A stretch of DNA of 64,000 nt from Blepharisma stoltei ATCC 30299 (lineage: Eukaryota; Protista; Ciliophora), in the NCBI GenBank assembly GCA_965603825.1, contig CBFDEM010000001.1:372001-436000 (forward strand), written 5' to 3'. How positions within the stretch are numbered: the stretch's first letter is position 1; every line of letters starts with the position of its first letter. The notes beneath the pieces are model-generated. The model saw nothing but the letters and a program-made list of their open reading frames with translations. It was not told where the DNA came from and did not search any database. Below, in pieces: positions 36,494-48,921 of the stretch. Position numbers and translations under genes: made by a program.

Positions 36494-37666
36494 ATGAAGA
36501 TGGACTGACTTAAATTTATTACTTTAGTGGCACTTGCATATGCCTACCTCAAAATTCCACTCGTAAAAACAAGTCGTCAATCACTGCCAGTGCCAAACTC
36601 TTTTTCGTCTCTGAAATTTTCAACAAATTTATATGGATCCAACACAACTAGCTATTTTGAGAATTATTTCAATGTGCAATACAGTGGAATAATTCGTTTA
36701 GGCAGCCCACCTGTAGAGTTTAAAGTCATTTTTGACACAGGATCTTCATGATTATGAGTCCCTTCTATTGAATGCAAGATTATCTGCCACACCTCTTTTA
36801 ATTATTTCAATACATCAGATAGCTCAACTTATAAGCCGTTGAGGAAAAAGGTGAAATTGGTGTATGGGAAAGGCTATGCAGAGGGCGAACTAAGCCAGGA
36901 TAACTTATTAATAGGAGACTTACAGAAATTCAATGTTGTGAATCAGACTTTTATATCAGTTTGGACAACAAAGGATTTTCAAGGATTAAATGCTGATGGG
37001 ATTTTGGGGCTAGGATTTAAAGTTCTATCAAATGGATACAACACAATGCTAGACAATCTTCAAGAGCAAGGACACATTGAGAAGAAAATATTTTCTGTAT
37101 ATTTAAATGACAATAAGTTCAATAGCGAAATAAAGCCAAATCTTGAATCAGCTATATTAATTGGAGGCTATGATCTTGCTACCTATTCCTCTGAAGAAAA
37201 ATTGAAATTTGTTAAAGTGTTTTCTGAAACTGGATTTTGGACCGTCTTTTTATCAAATATCAAAATCAATGAGGTGCTTATACCAGCAGTATCATTTTTG
37301 GCTGTTATTGATACAGGAACTAGCCTAATAACGGTGCCAAGGCTCGATGTTGATGAAATTAAGCTTAGAATAAGACAAAGAGGAGAATGCTTTGAGGAGA
37401 ATGAAGTGCTAATTTGTGATTGTGGAGATAAATTCGATATAAGTGTATACCCTGATATTTCTTTTGAGCTTGGGTCAAACCAAAAATGCTTCCTTAGCCC
37501 TTATGACTACTTCCTCCAAGTAGGCAATATTTGCCAATTACTATTTTCTCCATCCCCAATAAACAACATTTGGGTGTTAGGAGATGTTTTTATAAGAAAA
37601 TATTATACCATTTTTGATGCAGAAAATAGTCAAATAGCCTTTAGCTCTGTCATTAAAACTAATTAA
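36494..37666 (+). CDS. Pepsin-like (A1) aspartic protease
   Basis: Signal peptide, QYSGIIRLGSPP, FDTGSS[W]L[W]VP, YGKG, DGILGLGF, IDTGTS, WVLGDVF. Confidence 0.93.
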
Positions 37667-37698
37667 TGATTTTCTTAATTTCAATAAAAATTATAAGT

Positions 37699-40600
37699 CT
37701 ATTTATCACTTTTGTGGGATATTGATCGCTTAGTAAGGACTTTCTTTGACTCCAATCGATGCAATTTGTGCATAGCTGTCAATCCCAAATTGTCTTTAGC
37801 TTGCTCGTCACTTCCAGCTGCTTTCGCTTTGGTATTGCTTTTTAAGTAGTAACTAAAGAAAGCTTCGGCCATAGTCCTTGACTCCTTTATAGCTCCAGCA
37901 AAGTGTTCAGGGAATAGCAAAAGCACACAAGAAGATATAGCTTCCATAGGCTTACTTACTGGTGCTAGAATAGAAAACTCAGGCTTGTCTTTTCTAAAGT
38001 TCCCAAGCAAAACTATTCCTCCTCTTCTCAAATCAATCATGTTTCCAGGCTTAAAATATTTGATAGTTGAGTTTTTTATCATCCTCATCAAATGGTCTTC
38101 TTCAACCCCATCAAAGCCAAGAATGCTTGCATTTAACGATATCAGCTCCTCCGAAGCTTCTTTATACAAGTCTTCTATAAACACATCTCTATTAAGCATT
38201 GCTGAGGGAATATGAGCAGCAAAAACCATAGTCAAAGCCGTTGCAGTTGAGGTGTTAATTTTATAGGTAGGCAATAGATGCTGGACTCCGACAATATTTC
38301 CGATCATAAGTTCTTGGTCTATTCATGATGCTTCTTCATGGACTCTTCCATTAAAAATTAAGTAAGCTCCATCTGCAGCCTCTCCTTCTTTAAAGAGTAA
38401 CTGATCTGGCTGATAATGCCTTTCTGTAATCATAGGTAGCAGCTGCTCAATATCAGCGTCTGTTGCTTTTCTAAATCTATTTTTCAGTATATCTTTGACT
38501 GATGGAACACTAGGGTTTTTTTGGAATGTCAGCTGTTTCATGTTATTGTCAATTGCATCAATTAAATGTTCATATTCTATTTCTTTGATAACACCTTGAT
38601 GGAAGATCTTATTGATGAGCTTTCTTTGAGAAATCAGTAGAGCATGGCAAGCCATACTTGAGGTAACCTCAGCGACAACTTCTGGGTAAGAATCAGTGAT
38701 ATTGTCCCTTACAAACTCTTTGCAGAGCTCGATTTGGTCATGGGCTTCATCCATTACATCTTTGAAAATGAGCTCATCTATATCAATTTCCATAGTGTCC
38801 ATCAGTTCTTCAGCTTCATGATGGGCACTAATAAAGGTACTTGCAGCATCATATGTAAGAATTACCAAGTCGTATAATAAATCTTTGAAGAATTTTCCTA
38901 TTATAGGAACGCCTGAAAAATAGTTGTAGATAGTCATTAGACGCTTATTGTAGAGCTCTCTTTCAAGCTGTTCCCAATCTCCCATTCTTGAATCTTCTTT
39001 ATCTAGAGCTCTATTGCAAGATTCGATTAAAACTAGTGAAGCGTATCCAGAGCATTGTCCAGATTCAAACTCATGCCAATAAATTCCTTTAAGTGTGGTA
39101 AAGTATCTCCTTCTTGTTTCTTTTACTAAAGCACTCGAGGATAAGCTAAACTTATTCATATATCTTGACAGCAATTCTTCAGGGTTATCATTCTGATGCT
39201 TCCTCAAAATTTTGGCTCCTACATTTGTATTTTTCATAATCTGCACCAATAAATTTTTTGGACCAGCTAATTGCATTACTTTGTCCCACCTAACCAAATT
39301 AAACTGCTTGTCTGCTCTCATATCTTCTACCTTCTTAGCAGTATGCTGTAATATTGCAGTTGTTACACCTACTAGCATATTTTCTTCAACTTCACTAAGG
39401 GTTTCCATCCCAAACTTTTTTACTGCAAATTTCATAGCAAAACTGTCAACTATAATGCTTAAGCCTGCTATGCCAATAGTAAAAAATAGCAAAATAACTT
39501 TAAAATGTTCATCCAATTCTTTTTCATTATAAGCAATTAGCGCTAAAGCTGTTGAAATGACACCTTTTAAGCCCGCTAAGGTCATTACAACAGCTTCTTT
39601 TGGAGTTATCCCATATCCAAAGAATTTCAAAAGAGGGTAATGGATCAAGATGACAGCTCCACGGACAAGGTGCATGAAGATAAATAGAGTGACTAGCATC
39701 ACAATGTCTTTGAATTCTAAAGCAGTGTCTTTTACAAAAAACATGCCGAGTAGCATCCCAGCAATAATAAAAACTACAGATTCTACAGATGTTCCGACAA
39801 TATTTCAAAAGTTATGCAATGATTTTTCTACCATAGGACTTATAAGCGTTTTCCCATAAGCTGACATATACAGCCCAAAAGTGACCACAGAGATACCTCC
39901 AGATGCTTCAATTTCAGTCGCATCTGAGGTATAAAACAGCAAATAAGTGGTAACAAAAGTTAGAAGTGTTTCTTGGATTGAGTCATTAACCATTCTCCTG
40001 ATTACCCAGCCCATAGCAATTGCAAAAGCTATTCCCAGTGCAAATCCTGTGCAAGTTAAATTCACAAACTGGATTGCGCTGTGCTTTATGTCTGTTGTGC
40101 CTTTCACACTGCTAAGCATAATATTGAAAATTACCAAAATTGTAGCTTCATTCAGCAAGGTCTCTCCTTCTATAAGCGTTTTAAACCGATTATCTATATG
40201 CATATCTTTAATCTGAGCAACAACAGCTACGTGATCAGTTGCGCTTAAAATGACGCCAATCAAAAGGGCTTCATCCCACAGAAAATCGTATTCGAGGACT
40301 ATTTTTATAACAAAAGCTGTAAGAATTGCGGTAAGAATGACCACAGTTGTTGCAAGTGGGAGGATTTGCCAAATTTCCCGTTTAAAAGTATACCAATCAG
40401 TGGAAAAGGCTGCTTCAAATATCAAAGCAGGGAGAATTCCTAGCATAACTAGCTCAGGGCTTAATGAATCAATTCTTGACACAGGATGCTTGAGACCATG
40501 AAGTGTACTTCCAATGACTCTGAAAAGAGTTCCCACTAATAAAAGAATTGGGGAAACAGGGACCTTGAAATGCTTTTTCAGCTCATAGCTGATTATCATC

Positions 40601-40791
40601 AAGAGAAGGGCTAAAAAGGTAAAAAGAATTATATCTGGGACCAAGGTGTCCTCCTCTTCCTCTACCTCTGTCTCAGTCTCACCTCCAGTTTCTCCTCCAG
40701 TTTCTCCGCCTGTTTCTCCTCCAGTTTCTCCACCAGTTTCTCCTCCTGTTTCTCCACCGGTTTCTGGTATTTCTGTTCCTTCTTCGCTCAT
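37699..40791 (-). CDS. SOS1/SLC9C-type Na+/H+ exchanger with cyclic-nucleotide-binding domain (1030 aa)
   Basis: LPALIFEAAF, LSATDHVAVVA, LIEGETLLNEAT, GLKGVISTALAL, LFKEGEAADGAYLIFNG; three track ORFs in one frame. Confidence 0.9.
40679..40765 (-). repeat. Coding 12-nt tandem repeat, (GGET) about x7
   Basis: GGAGGAGAAACT-type units with synonymous variation in the exchanger N-terminus. Confidence 0.9.
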
Positions 40792-41209
40792 TTTATTGTT
40801 TAAAGACAAGAAAAATTCAAAAGAAATCGATCTTTTAAAGCGAAAGGCTAGATTATTTAAAAATTGGTTCAAAAGTTAAAAAAGATGCGAAATAAATAGT
40901 TTTAGAAGTTGGCAGCTGTTTCATCATTACTCTAAATTTGAATTTTTTTATAGCCTACGAGATTTTTTTACCAATTGATTGTTAGTAAAAAATGCGGAAA
41001 ATAAATTTTTGCTACATAAAAAATAAAAAGAAGCATGTTTACATGAAATAGCTCAGGCTGATTTTAATTCAGATTCAAGATTCTTAGATGATTATTGAGA
41101 TAATTTAATTGAGCAACTCAATTGGTTCGATATGAATTATAAAAAATGTGGTTAAATTTTAATCCAAATTGAAATTTAAGTTTAATAACTTATGATAAAG
41201 AAATTTAGC

Positions 41210-42988
41210 TTATCTAGTTAAGTCTGGGATACCCCAATCGCAGTCAGTTTCAATGCCGAGGTTGTCGCTGTACATCTTCATTTTGAAGAATCCGTTCTCA
41301 CCCCAAGCAGTTCCCCAAGAGTTTCTTCCAATCCAGTATTCAGTGCCATCTGGAGCAACTCCCCATCCGACTACAGAAATTTCATGATTAATTTGAGGTA
41401 AAAGTAACCACTGAGAGTAAATTCCACCAGTGTAAGCTTCAAATTTAGACGTAGCATCAATTCCACATCCAATAGGCCCATTCTTATAGATTTCAGCTTT
41501 CATTTTATTAGGCCCAGCGACATTGCCATAGTCTCCGACGTACCAGAGCTTTTCGTTAGTAACAGCTGAACAGTTGCCTGTTTCTACACCTGCTGGAGGT
41601 GCTGGAGGGACGCAGTCCATACTAATTTGAGTTCCAGAGCAGCTAAACTTTGCAGGGTTTTCTGCTACATATTGTTGGCTGGTATCATCTGGAATTCCAT
41701 GAGTATGTCCATACTTGTAGACTCCAATTGGATCACCTCCATTGCAATTTCCACCTGCATTGCAGTTAATTAGAACTTGAGGGGCTAAGCTGATCTGTGG
41801 GAAAGTGTTATTTCTTAAAATTGCAATTCTGTCAGCTAGTGCAGATGTAGGCCCGTGAGCCCAGCAAGACCCACAATATTGAGGAATATGCTGATTTCTA
41901 TTCCAGGACAAATAATTTACTCCGCTGACGTTTCTCCAATCCCAAGCTTTAGGGAGGGTAGCTGCATCAACAGTTTCCCATGATGGTGGGCTGGTAATTA
42001 CACTCTCTCTGCTGATTCTTCTAACTCTTCCATATTTTCTTGGTCTTTCAAGAGCTTCTTCAACTTGATTCTGGACATAAGGCTTGACTTCTTCTTTTAC
42101 AGCAGTTTGAGTGCTATTAAAAACAGCAATATTTGGGTCAGGAGTGGCATAGACACAGTCACTTTCAATCCCAATGTTATTAATTCCTTTAACCACTTTG
42201 AAAAATCCACCTTCTCCCCAATAAGTTCCCCAGGAGTTTCTTCCAATCCAATATTGGGTTCCTGTAGGGTCTACACCATATCCTACAATCTCAATTTCAT
42301 GGTTTAAGTTATTAGCTCCAGTTTTATCCCAGAAAATTCCTCCTGTATAGTTATGGAACTCAGCAGTGGCATCAATGGCACAGGCAATTGGACCTTGTTG
42401 TAAAGCACTCATCATAAGCTGGACATTTTGAGCTTGGTTAGCAACCGTAACATTTCCAAATGCAGTGACATTGTATTTAAGGTAAGTTGCAGGGACTCCA
42501 CATCTTCCATTTGGTTGGCAAGTGTAGCATGGCTGGAAATGGCCGCAGGTTTCACCGTTGGTCCAGCCTCTTGCTTTGTAAACTTGGCAAGTTTCATCTG
42601 TAGTGCCGTTAGCATAAATGTAAGCATAAACATTGATTGAGTCTCCTCCATCACAAGCTTGATCATTAAAATCGCAGTTTAAGAAAACTTGTGGAGCCAA
42701 ATTAATATCTGGCCATGAAGCATTTCTTAAAATCTTAAATCTGTCTGATAGGGCTGAAGTAGCTGCAAATGCCCAGCATGACCCACAGTATACAGGGATA
42801 TGCTGATTTCTGGACACGGTTAAATAATTAACTCCTGAGATGTTACCCCAGAACAGGTTTGTTGGCATTGCTTCAATTGGTAGGACATCAGCAAAAGGAG
42901 TTGCTGCTTCATGGATTTTCTCAGTTTTAAGGAAAAAAGCTGAAGCTCCTAAGAGCAATAGAGAAATGAGAATGAGAGATTTTCCCAT
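41210..42988 (-). CDS. Double-domain cathepsin Z/X-like cysteine protease, copy A
   Basis: Two C1A domains, each with RNQHIP-YCGSCWA, NHE and RNSWG; signal peptide. Confidence 0.94.
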   Translation of the reverse strand: MGKSLILISLLLLGASAFFLKTEKIHEAATPFADVLPIEAMPTNLFWGNISGVNYLTVSRNQHIPVYCGSCWAFAATSALSDRFKILRNASWPDINLAPQVFLNCDFNDQACDGGDSINVYAYIYANGTTDETCQVYKARGWTNGETCGHFQPCYTCQPNGRCGVPATYLKYNVTAFGNVTVANQAQNVQLMMSALQQGPIACAIDATAEFHNYTGGIFWDKTGANNLNHEIEIVGYGVDPTGTQYWIGRNSWGTYWGEGGFFKVVKGINNIGIESDCVYATPDPNIAVFNSTQTAVKEEVKPYVQNQVEEALERPRKYGRVRRISRESVITSPPSWETVDAATLPKAWDWRNVSGVNYLSWNRNQHIPQYCGSCWAHGPTSALADRIAILRNNTFPQISLAPQVLINCNAGGNCNGGDPIGVYKYGHTHGIPDDTSQQYVAENPAKFSCSGTQISMDCVPPAPPAGVETGNCSAVTNEKLWYVGDYGNVAGPNKMKAEIYKNGPIGCGIDATSKFEAYTGGIYSQWLLLPQINHEISVVGWGVAPDGTEYWIGRNSWGTAWGENGFFKMKMYSDNLGIETDCDWGIPDLTR

Positions 42989-43198
42989 ATTAATTATTTC
43001 CTCGCCCAGAAGATGGAAAATATATTTTTGAATTGTAGCTAAATAAAAATTTAATTTAAGAGATAATAAATAAGAACTGATTTATTGGAGGAAGTAAAAG
43101 AAATATATGGAATATAAAAAAATTTAATTTTAATAAAAAATATTTTAAGATAATATGAAAGAGTTTAAAAGAAATTTTATTATCTAATTCAGATTAGC

Positions 43199-44986
43199 TT
43201 ATCTGGTTAAGTCTGGGATACCCCAATCGCAGTCAGTTTCAATGCCGAGGTTGTCGCTGTACATCTTCATTTTGAAGAATCCGTTCTCACCCCAAGCAGT
43301 TCCCCAAGAGTTTCTTCCAATCCAGTATTCAGTGCCATCTATAGCAACTCCCCATCCGACTACAGAAATTTCATGATTAATTTGAGGTAAAAGTAACCAC
43401 TGAGAGTAAATTCCACCAGTGTAAGCTTCAAATTTAGACGTAGCATCAATTCCGCATCCAATAGGTCCGTTCTTATAAATTTCAGCTTTCATTTTATTAG
43501 GTCCAGCGACGTTACCATAGTCTCCGACGTACCAAAGCTTTTCGTTTGTTATAGCTGAGCAAGTGCTGTTATCAAATCCTGTAGGTGGAGGTGGAGGAAC
43601 GCACGTTTCACTAATTTGAGTTCCAGAGCAGCTAAACTTGGCAGGGTTTTCTGCTACATATTGTTGATTGGTATCATCTGGAATTCCATGAGTATGTCCA
43701 TACTTGTAGACTCCAATTGGATCACCTCCATTGCAATTTCCACCTGCATTGCAGTTAATTAGAACTTGAGGAGACAAGCTGATCTGTGGGAAAGTGTTGT
43801 TTCTTAAAATTGCAATTCTGTCAGCTAGTGCAGATGTAGGCCCGTGAGCCCAGCAAGACCCACAGTACTGAGGAATATGCTGATTTCTATTCCAGGACAA
43901 ATAATTTACTCCGCTGACGTTTCTCCAATCCCAAGCTTTAGGAAGGGTAGCTGCATCAACAGTTTCCCATGATGGTGGGCTAGTAATCACTTGCTCTCTG
44001 CTTATTCTCCTAACTCTTCCAGGATTTCTTCGTTTCTCTATAGCAGCTTCTACTTTCATTTCAACATAAGCCTTGACTTCTTCTTTTTCTTCTGCCAAAG
44101 CTCCACTGCTGCTATTAAATACTTGAATGTTTGGATCTGGATTAGCATAAACACAATAAGTTTCAATATCCAGCATATTCTGTCCCATAATAATCTGGAA
44201 AAATCCACCTTCACCCCAATAAGTTCCCCATGAATTTCTCCCAATCCAATATTTAGTGCCTTGCTGATTTACTCCATATCCTACAAGTTCTATGATATGG
44301 TTAATATCCCAGTTATCTGTTGGTTCTGTATAGATTCCTCCCGTATAGCTGTGGAACCCATCAGTAGCGTCTATTCCACATGCAATTGGGCCTTGTTGTA
44401 AAGCACTCATCATAAGCTGGACATTTTGAGTAAGGTTGTTTCCTGTGACTTGGCCGTATGAAGTAACGTTATATTTAAGGTAAGTTGCAGGGACTCCACA
44501 TCTTCCATTTGGTTGGCAAGTGTAGCATGGCTGGAAATGGCCGCAGGTTTCACCGTTGGTCCAGCCTCTTGCTTTGTAAACTTGGCAAGTTTCATCTGTG
44601 GTGCCGTTAGCGTAGATGTAGGCATAAACGTTGATTGGATCTCCTCCATCACATGCTTGGTCATTTAGATCGCAGTTTAAGAATACTTGTGGAGCCAAAT
44701 TAATATCTGGCCAGGAGGTATTTCTAAGAATTTTGAATCTGTCAGAAAGGGCTGAGGTAGCTGCAAATGCCCAGCATGACCCACAGTATAATGGAATATG
44801 CTGGTTTCGAGACACGGTCAAGTAGTTAATGCCCGAGTAATTGCCCCAGAACAGATTAGCTGGCATGGCATCTAAAGGCTTGACATCTGCGAACTGAATT
44901 TGGCCTTCAGGAAGCTTCGAACTTTTAATGAAAAAAGCAGAAGCTCCAAGAAGTAACAGAGAAATGAGAATTAAAGGTCTTCCCAT
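43199..44986 (-). CDS. Double-domain cathepsin Z/X-like cysteine protease, copy B (tandem paralog)
   Basis: Same architecture as 41210-42988, with long identical tracts. Confidence 0.94.
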   Translation of the reverse strand: MGRPLILISLLLLGASAFFIKSSKLPEGQIQFADVKPLDAMPANLFWGNYSGINYLTVSRNQHIPLYCGSCWAFAATSALSDRFKILRNTSWPDINLAPQVFLNCDLNDQACDGGDPINVYAYIYANGTTDETCQVYKARGWTNGETCGHFQPCYTCQPNGRCGVPATYLKYNVTSYGQVTGNNLTQNVQLMMSALQQGPIACGIDATDGFHSYTGGIYTEPTDNWDINHIIELVGYGVNQQGTKYWIGRNSWGTYWGEGGFFQIIMGQNMLDIETYCVYANPDPNIQVFNSSSGALAEEKEEVKAYVEMKVEAAIEKRRNPGRVRRISREQVITSPPSWETVDAATLPKAWDWRNVSGVNYLSWNRNQHIPQYCGSCWAHGPTSALADRIAILRNNTFPQISLSPQVLINCNAGGNCNGGDPIGVYKYGHTHGIPDDTNQQYVAENPAKFSCSGTQISETCVPPPPPTGFDNSTCSAITNEKLWYVGDYGNVAGPNKMKAEIYKNGPIGCGIDATSKFEAYTGGIYSQWLLLPQINHEISVVGWGVAIDGTEYWIGRNSWGTAWGENGFFKMKMYSDNLGIETDCDWGIPDLTR

Positions 44987-45464
44987 ATTGTTTTTAATTC
45001 ACCAGATGAAAACTTGTGAATAATTTTAAGTTATGGTAGCATTGCCAATAAAAAAATTATTTGTCTAATTTAATCGCCCAAAATTTTTATAATTATTCAA
45101 ATCAATTTACTATTATCATATAAAGTGAGAAGTTTCTAAATATTTTTAAAATGGTGTTTTAAGATCAGAATTATATACGTGATAACTATTTTTGCATTGA
45201 GAAAGCACAAGTAAAGAAATTTTTCTCATTATTTTTCGTCATTCTAATTTATATTTTTATAAAATTAATTTTCTAAAATTCTAAACAAGAAAAAAACTAA
45301 CGAGCTTTTTAATTCTGTTTCCTTTGCTAATTCCTTATGATTTCCCTTAAATTTGTAATTTTATATTTTAAACTTCATATTTATCTGAAATTAGCTAATA
45401 TTCCTATTTTATAGCCATTAGAACTCAAAAAATGCTTAAGTAAATTGGTAGTTTAGAATCTAAA

Positions 45465-46430
45465 ATGACATGGTATTCCCATTCCCCTTTAAACTGGTGC
45501 GCAAAAGAAGAGTACGTTCGTCAATCCTCTTATGAAATCACCTCAGCCCAAGCCTTAAATTCGATTATCGACAATGTAAATAACCTCATCGCAATTCTAA
45601 AAGACCCTACCGACACAACTTCTCTCCGAGCTGGTAAATTTTATATAGATTTATCCAAACTAGAGCACGAAAAAGTCAGCAAATACGTAGTCGAGGCTTC
45701 CCAAGCACTTATGAAGATCGCATCTGATTACAATGTCCCTTTTCATACCTCAATTATCACAACACTCCTAAAGCCAGAAGAAGAACCGAAAATATCAACA
45801 CCCCAAACGAATCACCTAGTTTCTTCTTTTAACGTCAAAGAAGAAATTTCCGTCTTCCCAGCTCTCAAAGAACATAAACAATTTGTAGAGGTTACCCCTC
45901 CCGTTGATAATGAGTGCATAGCAATTGGAAGGGCCTTTAACACTTTAGAAGAAGCAGCCCAGGCTTTTCAAGATTACGCGCTTAAATGTGGATTTAACAT
46001 CTGTAAAGGAAATAGCAAGAAAGATGTCTACCAAGAATATGCCTGCTCTGCGAGAGGGAAAGTCAGAATGAGAAAGATCCAAGATCAATCAAAGAGGAGA
46101 AACAGAAAAAGTATCAAGAAAATGTGCAAATGCCATATCATACTGAGACTAAAAGCAAATGTGTGGGTCATCACTATGAGGAAACTTCAACACACACATG
46201 ATTTATTGACAATAGACGAAATCAAAAAAACAGCAAAAAACAGATATATACCTGAAGACATCAAAGAAAGAGCTGTGAAGATGTATAATGATGGAGAAAC
46301 CCCAGCGAAAATCCAATACCAGTTAGAAAGTGAGCTCGGAGACCTCTGCACGTGGTCTATGAAAGATTTATACAATATGCTTTATAGAAACAAAGACCCA
46401 TCTATCCAGGAGTCTTCTGATAGCTCTTAA
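45465..46430 (+). CDS. FAR1-type (WRKY-GCM1) zinc-finger protein, MULE transposase-derived, no DDE domain
   Basis: FNTLEEA..FQDYA..GF, YACSARG, KMCKCHI, WVIT...HTH, then a helix-turn-helix-like segment ending KDLYN. Confidence 0.78.
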   Translation: MTWYSHSPLNWCAKEEYVRQSSYEITSAQALNSIIDNVNNLIAILKDPTDTTSLRAGKFYIDLSKLEHEKVSKYVVEASQALMKIASDYNVPFHTSIITTLLKPEEEPKISTPQTNHLVSSFNVKEEISVFPALKEHKQFVEVTPPVDNECIAIGRAFNTLEEAAQAFQDYALKCGFNICKGNSKKDVYQEYACSARGKVRMRKIQDQSKRRNRKSIKKMCKCHIILRLKANVWVITMRKLQHTHDLLTIDEIKKTAKNRYIPEDIKERAVKMYNDGETPAKIQYQLESELGDLCTWSMKDLYNMLYRNKDPSIQESSDSS

Positions 46431-46565
46431 ATGGTCTGTTTGAGATAAATATAATATAATCTAATATAATTTCCTCAAAATTCCTATTCTTCCATTTCAA
46501 TGATTGTTACCTCTCGTATAATCACCATAATAAGATTTTGATACATAATAATTTTCCACCAATAA

Positions 46566-47027
46566 ATGTCTTTGATTACAAGAGAAGCCGGCAAAGTAAG
46601 ACTTATCATTGGGAATTACGCGTTATTAAGGAGAAGCTTTACAAAGAATGATATAGAAACGTTTGCATCTGTTATAGGAGATCGAGATTTGGTACACTTT
46701 GATAGCTCGGCTGCAGCCAAACTTGGCTTTAATGCAAATTTTGTTTATGGGATGATGTCAGCTTCACTAATAACAAAATTATTTAGACAGACTTTTCCTG
46801 GTGCTGCTTACTTATCACAGACATTGAATTTCACTGCACCTGTGTATGTGGATGAAGAAGTCGAAACTAAGGCGATTATTGAAGGACTAGAGGTTTCAAA
46901 GTCTTCCAAGATAAAATGCTTTTTATCTACAACTGTGGAGAAGGTGGAACAGAAGACAATTGCAGTAAAAGGGAATGCTATTTTGCTCCTACACCCTGAT
47001 TTCGCTGAAATCGTAAAGAATGATTAG
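46566..47027 (+). CDS. MaoC-like hotdog-fold dehydratase
   Basis: FASVIGDRDLVHFD, VYGM, PGAAYLSQTLNFTAPVYV. Confidence 0.9.
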   Translation: MSLITREAGKVRLIIGNYALLRRSFTKNDIETFASVIGDRDLVHFDSSAAAKLGFNANFVYGMMSASLITKLFRQTFPGAAYLSQTLNFTAPVYVDEEVETKAIIEGLEVSKSSKIKCFLSTTVEKVEQKTIAVKGNAILLLHPDFAEIVKND

Positions 47028-47311
47028 AGTAAATTAATCGAACAATTATTAAAATAGCCTTATTATCAAATAAATGAACTTTCTAAAATGATAGAAAATA
47101 TTTTCCTAAGAGATATTCAGATATACATAATTTGTTCAGTAAAAAAGATGGTCTGGCAAAACCAAAATTACTTCAATAAAAATTTACCATAATAAAAATT
47201 TATGTCCTAAGGATAATAAAGAGATTTTGTGAAGACAATTTTGAATAAATGGAGACTAACAGATTTCAAATTCACCATATTCATTCGTAGTAATAATTAA
47301 TAAATAGCCAA

Positions 47312-47821
47312 ATGTCAACAACCCTTATCCCAAACTTTGAATGCATAACTAATTCCCAGGAGTTTAACTACTGCTGCGAGTTATGCGGGATTGGCTTTGA
47401 CACTCCTCTTCAGCTAAGAGATCATTTAATTAAAGATTTCGAGCTTGATACAGATTCGATTTCCTTTTTGCAGTTTAGGTTAGGTTTAGGCTATGAGACA
47501 CACACTGTAGGATCTCCCAAATCAGCTGACTCGTGTTCCACGACCGAGTCAGAATGTGACGAGGTTGAATGCCCAACCTGTGGGAAATTCTTCAAAGGCC
47601 ATAAAGGACTTCAACAACACATAGGAAAAGCTCACTCTAGTAAAGAAAAAGGAGTAACCTGCAGCATATGCCACAAGACTTTCAAGCATCAGCATGCTTT
47701 GACTTTTCATGATCGTCAAGTTCACCAAAAGGCAACAAGAGTAACTTGTGGAATATGCGGCGCATCTGTTTACAACAAATATATGCTTAGCAAGCATATT
47801 AGTAAACAACACCCTGCATAA
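47312..47821 (+). CDS. C2H2 zinc-finger protein
   Basis: Three tandem CxxC...HxxxxH fingers plus one degenerate N-terminal finger. Confidence 0.9.
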   Translation: MSTTLIPNFECITNSQEFNYCCELCGIGFDTPLQLRDHLIKDFELDTDSISFLQFRLGLGYETHTVGSPKSADSCSTTESECDEVECPTCGKFFKGHKGLQQHIGKAHSSKEKGVTCSICHKTFKHQHALTFHDRQVHQKATRVTCGICGASVYNKYMLSKHISKQHPA

Positions 47822-48921
47822 ATGTACATACTATAAATAAGTATAAATACATATGTATATACCCTAAAATTGTGTGAGAAAACGGTAAATAAAATTAAGA
47901 TCAGAATACTGATATTAAGAACTTTGGTTTGCCTAGAGAAAGGTAACGAAAAAAGGTTCAAATAGGTTATAAATTTTGAATCTGAGGATAAAAACTGCTG
48001 AATTGTTATATTATTTGAATACGAATTGGAAGGTTATTTATCATAAAAGAAAAATATAAAGGAAATTTTAAGGAGATTTGAAGATTTAGGTTAAGGAAAG
48101 AGAATTATAAGAGAAGTAGCTGAAAAAGATAACAGAAGATTTTTTTATTGAAAATTTTTAACAATTATTTTGAATTTTAATCAGTCAAGTGACGCCATTT
48201 TATTGTTAGGCTAAAAATGGTATTCTATGTAACCTCCAAGTATCATTTTTATTGCTTATACTTTTTGAAAAATTATACCCAAAAAATGCTTTGGAAGATT
48301 TTAAAAATCCTAAATTAGGAGCTTTTTATTATATTATATAATTTATACCTTTAAATTATTTTAAATATTTTGCTTGATACTGTTGATTGTTCTACTAAAA
48401 TCATTTAATATGTATTTTCATCATATTTGGAATATAAGGAAAAACTGATGACAAGTCTAATTAAACATATTATAATTTTTTGATAATGATAGAAAAATTC
48501 AGAATTCCAAGGAAAATATAATTATAATCATATACATGAACATAAATAAATATATAATTCATGTATTAATAAATGATGAAATAATAATTTCTAAAAGATT
48601 TTAATAGCTTGCTTAAATTAAATTAAAAGCCATTTTTGCAAATAAAAATCTGAGCATAACTATTATTCATGCAGCTTTCATCGCATTCCCAGTTAAATTC
48701 TGGCCTATATTTTACAAATTAGTCCATCTATTTGATCTTTTCAATCTTTTAAAACTCTCTATATCAATATTTTAATAAATTTATATTTTGAACTAGTTTT
48801 ACTATTGCTAGCTATTATTATCGCTCCCGTGCTATCAGCTTATGCTATTTGAAAGAATTTGCATTCTAGACATTTCTATAGTGCATTATTCACTGAATAG
48901 GTTTTTATTAGATATATAATA

